A stretch of DNA of 64,000 nucleotides. It comes from Candidatus Sumerlaeales bacterium (GTDB taxonomy: Bacteria > Sumerlaeota > Sumerlaeia > Sumerlaeales > Sumerlaeaceae). The stretch is from contig JBBSQY010000006.1 in the NCBI GenBank assembly GCA_038243585.1, forward strand, positions 34,764-98,763. Direction: 5' to 3'. Below are positions 54,367 through 61,301 of the stretch, piece after piece. Position 1 is the stretch's first letter; each line of letters begins with the position of its first letter. A program made the position numbers and the translations under genes. The notes under the pieces are model-generated. The model did no database searches. It was not told where the DNA came from and worked only from the letters and a program-made list of their open reading frames with translations.

Positions 54367-55425
54367 TTACTCAAATATGTACCAGGTAGTAGCAGCCGTT
54401 TCTCCTGGAACTCGTGATCTGACGCTAATTTCACCTCTAATAATCTTTGCTTTGGCGTCTTCTACATGGTTACGGATATTTTGATCGATGATAGCAGGGT
54501 CATAAACATATCCCAGAACATCTTCCACCAGACCATACGAAATTCGTCCGCCTGAAAATTGGCCGTTTACCACTTGGCTGACAACATTACGGACTAAAAC
54601 ATCACCCTTTTTGAGCATACTCGTAATGATCACGCCTTCTTCTGCTGAGGACGATTGATCTTTATCCACCCCGATCGCCATTACACCGCGATCCTCCGCC
54701 GCCTTAAACACTCCCAGACCCGTCGATCCCGAAGCATGGAAAATAACATCGGCGCCGCCATCAATAAGCAAATTCGCCATCTGTTCGCCCTTTAAGGGGT
54801 TATTAAAACCATCATCCCCCTCGCTGGCATATACAGGATCTACATGGACGGCCGGCACGGCATATTTTGCTCCCTGAGTATATCCCGCCTCAAAACGTTT
54901 GATTAACGGAATAGGAGTCGCACCCACAAAGCCGATTCTTCCGGTCCGAGACTTGAGAGCCGCAATCATCCCCACCAGAAACGCCCCTTCATGCTCACGA
55001 AATGAAATACCAGCTAGATTCTCCGGAACCGGGCCCGAGTGAGAGTAATCCAGACAGACAAAGGTCTGCGTCGTATGAGACTCTGCCAAATCCGTTATAA
55101 CGTCGCTAAACATCGTGCCGGTAGCAATGATTAAATCTGAATTGCCATTAGCCACTTCGGTCAAAACTGCCTCGCGATCAGGCGGATCGCCAGGTGAACG
55201 ATAATTTACGTCCACTCCAAACTCAGTACCCGCCAGTTGCAGGCCGGCCCAGGCTTGGTCATTGTATGATCCGTCCCCGAGCCCCCCAATAGCGAATACT
55301 AATGTTGCCTTCGTAACAGTTGTGGTAGAGCGAACGTCTTCCTGCGCGAAAAGATTACAGCAGCAAAAGCTTAAACCCGTCGCCAAAACAGCCGCAGTCA
55401 TACTAAACAACTTCATTTCAAACAC
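54367..55425 (-). CDS. BMP/PnrA-family substrate-binding protein
   Basis: GGLGDGSYN, FREHEGAFLVG, GADVIFHASG and AIGVDKDQ. Confidence 0.88.
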   Translation of the reverse strand: MFEMKLFSMTAAVLATGLSFCCCNLFAQEDVRSTTTVTKATLVFAIGGLGDGSYNDQAWAGLQLAGTEFGVDVNYRSPGDPPDREAVLTEVANGNSDLIIATGTMFSDVITDLAESHTTQTFVCLDYSHSGPVPENLAGISFREHEGAFLVGMIAALKSRTGRIGFVGATPIPLIKRFEAGYTQGAKYAVPAVHVDPVYASEGDDGFNNPLKGEQMANLLIDGGADVIFHASGSTGLGVFKAAEDRGVMAIGVDKDQSSSAEEGVIITSMLKKGDVLVRNVVSQVVNGQFSGGRISYGLVEDVLGYVYDPAIIDQNIRNHVEDAKAKIIRGEISVRSRVPGETAATTWYIFE

Positions 55426-55534
55426 ATCTCCAAAGTAATAAAAAGCTCTGGAATACCTGCAAAGATATTTAGGGACTGATCAATGTTTTTCTCAACACGC
55501 AGACGTCTGTTAAACGAACAGATAAGTAAAAAAG

Positions 55535-55620
55535 TGGTGCCGAAGGTGGGACTCGAACCCACACACCCTTGCGAGCGGAGGATTTTGAGTCCTCTGCGTC
55601 TGCCATTCCGCCACTTCGGC
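55535..55620 (-). tRNA. tRNA-Leu(CAA), integration target
   Basis: GCCGAAGTGGCGGAATGGCAGACGCA-GAGGA-CTCAAAA-TCCTC, long variable arm, GTTCGAGTCCC...TTCGGCACCA; 86 nt. Confidence 0.97.
55579..55620. repeat. att core, left copy (within tRNA-Leu)
   Basis: AGGATTTTGAGTCCTCTGCGTCTGCCATTCCGCCACTTCGGC, identical to 63889-63930. Confidence 0.97.
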
Positions 55621-55772
55621 CCAAACTAGCGATTTTGTGACTACCTCAAGCACTGACGGTTATTTCCGGGCAACTGCACTATCCTAAAGCAAACAAAGAC
55701 GTTCACCCCAAAACGGCAGAAAACGCCAGAAAACAGGCAGAAAACGCCACCTTGATGTCAACAATCTGGCAT

Positions 55773-55805
55773 CCCCCCGCTGATGTATTTCGGCGGGGGT
55801 TTTTC
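55773..55805 (+). terminator. Intrinsic terminator-like hairpin at the left end of the element
   Basis: CCCCCCGCTGA...TCGGCGGGGG followed by TTTTT. Confidence 0.65.
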
Positions 55806-55905
55806 TTTGTCGTTGGCATTCTTGATCGCCAATTATCATTAATTACTTGACATTGTTGTGAGTGACTGCTTCTGTCCGCGAACTTGGGAATAGGGGGAGT
55901 CAGCT

Positions 55906-56268
55906 ATGAGGGGCAAGCCGCGCAACTATTGGAGCAACCAGGAATTCCTCGAGCTGCGGCGCCAGTACATCGAGCGCCCGACCGAGGCCCTGATGGTTGA
56001 GCTGATAGATCGATTCTTTAGGCCCTTGATCGACGGATACTGGAGCAAGTACTACCCAACATTTCCCGATCTCGATGAGCACGCTGCAAAGCCTGGAGCT
56101 GTCTGCATGTGCTGGATCAAGTTCGACAGATTTGACCCTACCAAGGGAAGTGGCCTGAACTATTTCACTAAGATCGTGCAGCACGAGTTCATGGGCGAAC
56201 AGGCGAAGGCCGCGCTGTATCGCCGCCGCTTTATTAATTCCTCAAGCTTGAACCTACCGGATCGTTAA
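55906..56268 (+). CDS. Sigma-70 region-2-like protein resembling T4 gp55 late sigma
   Basis: N-terminal NYWSNQEFL and KFDRFDPTKGSGLNYFTKIVQHEF; GGGGGAG RBS; no region 4. Confidence 0.6.
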   Translation: MRGKPRNYWSNQEFLELRRQYIERPTEALMVELIDRFFRPLIDGYWSKYYPTFPDLDEHAAKPGAVCMCWIKFDRFDPTKGSGLNYFTKIVQHEFMGEQAKAALYRRRFINSSSLNLPDR

Positions 56269-56615
56269 GCGCCTGATTATCGCGGGTCCCGCTACCAAAT
56301 GGGTAACAGATCGCCCGATACCAGGGGGGGGAGTGTAAAACAGCGCAAAATGTACACGCCCGTTCGATACGCCACACTCGAGGCAAAAAACCCGTTTTTT
56401 AGAAAAACCCCCCCTTGGGCAAACCCTTACACATCGGGCATTTCCGGCGAATGGTAGCCAAATAAAACCCCCCCTTTACCTCTAAAACCCCCCCTTTTAT
56501 TAGAAAACCCCCCCCCTCCTTTTTGAGCGCCTGGCTAAGCGCTCGGACCTCTGACGGCTTCTGCATTAGATAGTCGTATAAAGCTGTCCCTTGATGGGGC
56601 AAGAATGGGTGCAAC

Positions 56616-57239
56616 ATGCAGGAACCAGAAGCGGCCGCACCAGCGGCTGAAGTTGTAGAAGTACCGGACACAAGCCTGGAGCTTGATACCGAAATTGATA
56701 CAGAAGCCGCCCCGGTGGCTGAAGAGACTGAACAAGCGGAAACAGGCCCGGAGTCTGATACCGATGATTCAGAAGTGCCGGAAGAAACCGTAGAACCGGA
56801 GGCCGTAATACCGCCCGCCGCAGACATGGTTTCAAAGCGTGAGTACAACAAGCTTTGCCAGAAACACGACGGAATGAAGCTGGACGTATTCAATCTGCGC
56901 GAGAGCCGGCGCGAGCTAAAAGCTGCCCTTGATACCGTAAAAGCGGAATCACAGCAACGGGTTGAAGCATTGGAAGCGCAAATCCTGGACATGAAAACCC
57001 AGGCAATGTTTGACCTCGAGCGGGTTCCTGAGTCCGACCGCAAGGATCTGTTACAGCTCCCCACGATTGAACAGCGGCAGCATTGGGCAAGGAAGTTGTC
57101 GACCATAGCAAGGACAATGTCCCCCTTTGGCGGCGCACGCGTAATGACTGCTGGAGAGGGTCCACCAAAACCCAACCTGGCACTAATTGACGACATACCG
57201 ACCCAGGCACACCGCCCAAAACGGCGCGGGTCAAAATAG
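56616..57239 (+). CDS. Putative capsid scaffolding protein
   Basis: Very acidic disordered N-terminus, central coiled coil, basic C-terminus; directly upstream of the capsid gene. Confidence 0.65.
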   Translation: MQEPEAAAPAAEVVEVPDTSLELDTEIDTEAAPVAEETEQAETGPESDTDDSEVPEETVEPEAVIPPAADMVSKREYNKLCQKHDGMKLDVFNLRESRRELKAALDTVKAESQQRVEALEAQILDMKTQAMFDLERVPESDRKDLLQLPTIEQRQHWARKLSTIARTMSPFGGARVMTAGEGPPKPNLALIDDIPTQAHRPKRRGSK

Positions 57240-57280
57240 CAGCACACTCTAAGCAACTCAAAATATAAGGATTTTCTAAA

Positions 57281-58180
57281 ATGGCAGTTACCCAAAACAC
57301 AGACTTGCACAGCATCCAGCAAGTCGGCACTAGCGCGGTAGACGTAGCATTTTCAGCAACCCCGCTTCTGGCTATCCCAGGTCTTGCGATCGACGTCAAA
57401 GGCAGGATAAGCGACGGCGGCGGCGACAGCATCGATTTCAGCGTCTGGGAGACAGATGTAAGCGCAATTACCCAGAACGCTGTCAGAGGCGCACGGGCAG
57501 GCGTTACACCGTCAAAGCTCACCCTTACCAGCTATAATGAGCAGGCGATTGCCAAAGTTATTTCCCTGGACGGCGACCGCTATGCGTTGTCGGATTCCAG
57601 CGAAGATTCCCTGGCACATATTTCCAGCATTGTCGGCAAAGAGTTCGCCCGGGTTATCCAGGCAAACTTGATTGCCCAGGCGGTGGACCCTACGAAGGGA
57701 ACAGACCTGGTACACAGCGCCACTGCGAAGCTGACGGTTTCCGATATTCTAAAGGCCCGGCTGAAGTGGGCGGACCATGCTTCTGAAATTGGCGCGCCTT
57801 ACCTGTTCGTTCATAGCAGTCAGTTTGCCGATTTGGCGACGGACGCGGATTTCAAGACTATGGCAGCAGGCGGATCCGCGACCCCGGTCCTACCTGAAGC
57901 CGACTGGACCCGTTTCGTTGTTGCCCAGGTGTTCGGCTGCAACATCGTACTCTGTGACAGCCTGCCGATTGACGTGACCGCCACGCCTGATACCAAGACG
58001 GCCCTCATGGTCGGAGCTGGTGCGTTTGGCGTTTACGTGGCTGATGACCCAGACACCATTATTTTGTCCCATGCAGGATCTGCGGTGCAGACAATCGACA
58101 CCCATTTCCGTTTCGCCACCACCCTGTTCCGGCACAACCCCAAGCGCGTTGTGAAGCTGGTGACCAAGGAAGCCGCTTAG
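57281..58180 (+). CDS. Major capsid protein (HK97 fold, N4-gp56-like)
   Basis: GDSIDF..W, LT.S, D.LAHISSIVGKEFARVI...LI, ILKA..K, LFVHSSQFADL, VFGCNIVLCDSLP and terminal VVKL: the pattern of ~300-aa HK97-fold capsid proteins. Confidence 0.8.
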   Translation: MAVTQNTDLHSIQQVGTSAVDVAFSATPLLAIPGLAIDVKGRISDGGGDSIDFSVWETDVSAITQNAVRGARAGVTPSKLTLTSYNEQAIAKVISLDGDRYALSDSSEDSLAHISSIVGKEFARVIQANLIAQAVDPTKGTDLVHSATAKLTVSDILKARLKWADHASEIGAPYLFVHSSQFADLATDADFKTMAAGGSATPVLPEADWTRFVVAQVFGCNIVLCDSLPIDVTATPDTKTALMVGAGAFGVYVADDPDTIILSHAGSAVQTIDTHFRFATTLFRHNPKRVVKLVTKEAA

Positions 58181-58226
58181 ACTAGATTGCAGGGTGGGTT
58201 CCCCTTATCGTTCCCGCTTTGCATAC

Positions 58227-58266
58227 AGCCCGCCCCAGGCTTAGTCACCCTGGAGCGGGCTTTTTT
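58227..58266 (+). terminator. Intrinsic terminator after the capsid gene
   Basis: AGCCCGCCCCAGG...CCTGGAGCGGGCT followed by a T run. Confidence 0.8.
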
Positions 58267-58290
58267 ACTTATCAGCAGAAAGGGCCTGCT

Positions 58291-58965
58291 ATGGCACTGA
58301 AGAATTTCGACCTGGCGAACTCCGCGGCCATTGACCAGGCTATGAAAGAGATTAGTAAAAAGGAGCTGATGAAGCTCCTGAAGATGGCCGGGCTGCGTAT
58401 CATTCAGCAGCACAAGGTTTTTGAGCGGCACTGGAAAGAGGGTCAGTCGAGCTGGTCAGCGCCGACGGACGCCTACGCTAAGTTTGTCAAAAAGCGGTAT
58501 GGTGGCAGCGGCCGATTCGATGCCACTGGGGCAGCACGAAAAGCCCTGGGAAAGAAACCGACAAAGACCGGGCCCCTGGGGCTGACAGTCTCGAAGAAGT
58601 TCAACAGCCTGACGATTCACCTGCGGAAAATGGTCAATGGTAAGAACGTCTATGGGATTGCACAGCTCGGCAAGTTCAGGGGATTAACGACCAAAGACGG
58701 GAAGCAGGTTTCAGCAAAAAAGGCGATCGAGATCAACCGGGAGGCCTCTTCAAAATACAAAAAGAACCAAATGAGCGGCGGCAACGCGAAGTGGGGTGAT
58801 GTAATGAGCGCCACTGCTAAAAAGCACGGCACCGACGGAGCGAAAAGAAACAGCGAGAGCCCGAGGCATATTACTGAAGTTCAAAGCAGCGACCATGCAG
58901 CGGTCGAGGAAAGTATCATGGCCGAGATTGAAGCGACGTTGAAACACCGCGGCATAAAAATTTAA
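58291..58965 (+). CDS. Basic protein resembling Mu gpG/P2 gpS virion morphogenesis family
   Basis: FERHWKEGQSSWSAPTDAYAKFVKK...FDATGAARKAL and VYGIAQLG resemble the F...G..W.PL...Y...K...L..TG.L / YA.IHQ.G pattern. ATG 58291 follows GAAAGGG. Confidence 0.5.
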   Translation: MALKNFDLANSAAIDQAMKEISKKELMKLLKMAGLRIIQQHKVFERHWKEGQSSWSAPTDAYAKFVKKRYGGSGRFDATGAARKALGKKPTKTGPLGLTVSKKFNSLTIHLRKMVNGKNVYGIAQLGKFRGLTTKDGKQVSAKKAIEINREASSKYKKNQMSGGNAKWGDVMSATAKKHGTDGAKRNSESPRHITEVQSSDHAAVEESIMAEIEATLKHRGIKI

Positions 58966-58978
58966 GGAGCTCGAGGCA

Positions 58979-59260
58979 ATGACCCAGGCTGAAATAGATG
59001 AAGAGGTAAAGCGCCGGGTGGCGACGGAGGTCCACCTGGCAGCCGCGGCACTCACAGGGATTCTGTCGAACCAGGAACTCCTGCAGGACTTGCAGGGGCA
59101 GGTTGCGCGAGGGAAACCACGGGTAGACCTAAACGAAAAGGTGGCCAACATGGCCGCCATGGTCGCGTTTGTTACCACCATTATCCTGGGCAACAATGAA
59201 GAGGCACACCGGGACATGTTGCAGGAGGCCGAAACGCCACTTTCCAAAAGCGGCCACTAA
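58979..59260 (+). CDS. Hypothetical protein
   Basis: 93 aa with GAGG RBS; AAAALTGILSN motif is common in small phage proteins. Confidence 0.65.
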   Translation: MTQAEIDEEVKRRVATEVHLAAAALTGILSNQELLQDLQGQVARGKPRVDLNEKVANMAAMVAFVTTIILGNNEEAHRDMLQEAETPLSKSGH

Positions 59261-59386
59261 TAGCCTTTTTTCTTGCAACCGTCATTGCGCGAGCGTTGTC
59301 TTACGTCCGATTCGATAAATTTACGCATTTGCGAATCCTGACATGGCGAGGCTTCAACCCGAGCGCTAGGGTGATGTGGAGGCTTT

Positions 59387-59563
59387 ATGATGCAAAGAAT
59401 TACGCAGGAAATGAGAAACCGGGTGCGGGCTGTGATTGGACCGGAGAGGTACGACAGCACGGCTGGAGAGCTTGAGCGCTTTTCCAGGGATAGTAAAAAC
59501 CGCAGGCGGAGAGAGCTTTACCAGGAACGACAGGACCGCTGGCGATCTAATCCGAGCAAATAA
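59387..59563 (+). CDS. Small basic hypothetical protein (58 aa, below ORF-track cutoff)
   Basis: GGAGG RBS; MMQRITQEMRNRVRAVIGPERYD...WRSNPSK*; terminator immediately downstream. Confidence 0.55.
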   Translation: MMQRITQEMRNRVRAVIGPERYDSTAGELERFSRDSKNRRRRELYQERQDRWRSNPSK

Positions 59564-59570
59564 CAGAATT

Positions 59571-59597
59571 AAGCCCGTCAGAAATGGCGGGCTTTTT
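59571..59597 (+). terminator. Intrinsic terminator
   Basis: AAGCCCGTCA-GAAA-TGGCGGGCTT followed by TTT. Confidence 0.8.
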
Positions 59598-59629
59598 ATA
59601 TTGACACCCCGCCGGGCAATAACCGATGC

Positions 59630-59715
59630 CAGAAACATAAACGGCCCCAGGAAGCGCTTGCAACGCTCCCCAGGGCCTGAGTCAAAGACGGTATGCGAGT
59701 ACCGAATGACCTACG
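59630..59715 (-). ncRNA. Candidate structured RNA, C4-antisense-like
   Basis: Two hairpins that pair fully only on the minus strand (G-U pairs), a U-rich tail, and an upstream TTGACG box. Confidence 0.45.
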
Positions 59716-59775
59716 CGCAATCCCTACGGCGCTCGGCATATCCGTCAACCTATATTATGGAAAGACGGTTTTTTT

Positions 59776-60405
59776 ATGTCTACGAACAAGAACACGAGCA
59801 AGGCCTCACCGATAAAAGATGCTGGCCATAAAAGCCGCACCCTGGTCATTCCCGATGCCGGTAATATAACAGTCACGGACGAAACCGGACACAGCAGTAT
59901 TATTGAGGAATTTAACGTCGCGTTTTGGGACGCCTGGCAACTGATACCACAGACCACGCGCTCCGCGATTGTGGATTATTGGCAATCACTGGCTAAGAAA
60001 AATAAAAAGCCTGACAACCTTGCGGAACTATCGTTTGTGCTAATCGGGCATGATCGCGAAAACCTTACTCTTGATGAGTGGGAACTTGATCACCATGTGA
60101 CGGACATGATGAAAAGGAACTTCTGGATCTACGACGTCAGGGCGTGGCCTGCAACTCCATTTAAACAACGGCGGGCAGCGCTTTTCTTCCTGTCACATTT
60201 CGTTGACCATTTGTCTTTTTTTCCTAACATGCCAAACAGCCTAATCCACACCGACAGCGTTTTTTATATCGGACAAAGTACGGATGTTGTTCGTTACTGG
60301 GAGACGGGCAAGCAAACCAAAAGGTTTCAGCAGTTCATAGAGCAAATTGACGGAACTATTGCCGAGCTGGAGGCCGCAAAGGCCGCATACCTTGGAACAG
60401 AATAG
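59776..60405 (+). CDS. Hypothetical protein (element cargo)
   Basis: 209-aa ORF followed by a terminator; no family recognised. Confidence 0.65.
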   Translation: MSTNKNTSKASPIKDAGHKSRTLVIPDAGNITVTDETGHSSIIEEFNVAFWDAWQLIPQTTRSAIVDYWQSLAKKNKKPDNLAELSFVLIGHDRENLTLDEWELDHHVTDMMKRNFWIYDVRAWPATPFKQRRAALFFLSHFVDHLSFFPNMPNSLIHTDSVFYIGQSTDVVRYWETGKQTKRFQQFIEQIDGTIAELEAAKAAYLGTE

Positions 60406-60425
60406 ACCTAATAGGCAAACCACAC

Positions 60426-60455
60426 CCCGCCTGGCAGACCTCTGGGCGGGTTTTT
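60426..60455 (+). terminator. Intrinsic terminator
   Basis: CCCGCCTGG...CTGGGCGGG followed by TTTTT. Confidence 0.75.
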
Positions 60456-60498
60456 CTTTACAGACCAACACCCCACAAGCTGAGTAACGGCAGTATTA

Positions 60499-60963
60499 AT
60501 GACGATGACGAGGAACGAAACGCCGATGCAGTACAAAGACGACAACCAACTTTGGATTGGGGAAATGCAATCCAGAGACTGGCCGATGTTAATTGGCAAA
60601 TATAAGCAGTGGGGCGCAAAAGTTGCGCTTTACCGACTCCACGATGACATTCTGGAGTGGTATGAACTCACCGATGACATTCAAGCTATACGGATTCTTA
60701 AGCTATGGATTGAAACAGTATTAATAGACGATGCTCCAATTCCAACTATCAATATTCCTGATGTACTAAAGACAAAAAATGGGACTTGCGGTCGTGGAAG
60801 TGGCGGCACTTGGCTAATAGAAAACTGGTCGTCATTATTATCGCCCGGTCTGTGCTTAGGTAAAAGCAATCAGGAAATTGCAAACCTCTTGAAGGCAAAA
60901 TACGGAATTGCGTTAAGCAAGGAAACCGTGCGCCAATACCGCATGAAAGGCTGTTTTCGTTGA
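60499..60963 (+). CDS. Hypothetical protein with possible C-terminal HTH (start may be ATG 60526)
   Basis: SNQEIANLLKAKYGIALSKETVRQY resembles an HTH. Confidence 0.55.
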   Translation: MTMTRNETPMQYKDDNQLWIGEMQSRDWPMLIGKYKQWGAKVALYRLHDDILEWYELTDDIQAIRILKLWIETVLIDDAPIPTINIPDVLKTKNGTCGRGSGGTWLIENWSSLLSPGLCLGKSNQEIANLLKAKYGIALSKETVRQYRMKGCFR

Positions 60964-61052
60964 TCATTGCCACAACTTAGCAATGTAGCAATGTAGCGAC
61001 GGTGTAACCTGATGTGGTCATAATTCGACATTCTTTTTTTGGATGTGATACT

Positions 61053-61301
61053 ATGACGAAACGTAATGCTGAAACGGTCAGTGTAGATTCCCTTTCCGTG
61101 GCTGCCGCGCTAATTGCAAACGGTTGCCGACTTACTGAAACCACCCAGACCGGCCCCAGGCGTTGCCAGTTTACCCTTACCGGCCCAGACGCTGAAATGC
61201 TGGCTGCGGACTATACGCTTGGACGCCTCGAGGGCAACCTGCGGGACTTTATGACGGCCTTTGACCTGCTACGCACCAAGGTGCGTACTGGGGGCAGGTA
61301 A
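61053..61301 (+). CDS. Small phage-type protein (DUF5659-like)
   Basis: DSLSVAAALIANGCRL...RCQFTL...DY..G.L..DF..A...LR pattern; TAATG coupling to the rep gene. Confidence 0.55.
   Translation: MTKRNAETVSVDSLSVAAALIANGCRLTETTQTGPRRCQFTLTGPDAEMLAADYTLGRLEGNLRDFMTAFDLLRTKVRTGGR

Noticed and set aside
56282..56292. Lambda cosQ-like GGGTCC
   Set aside because: A 6-bp match with no recognisable cosN at the expected distance; too weak to call by itself.
56399..57522. Long minus-strand ORFs (307 and 210 aa) in the element
   Set aside because: Antisense to the scaffold and capsid genes, low-complexity translation and no RBS; the GGF repeats merely reflect the C-tracts.
57281..58180. Encapsulin interpretation of the capsid gene
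   Set aside because: It lies in an att-bounded element with scaffold, rep and integrase, with no cargo enzyme; a virion capsid is more parsimonious.
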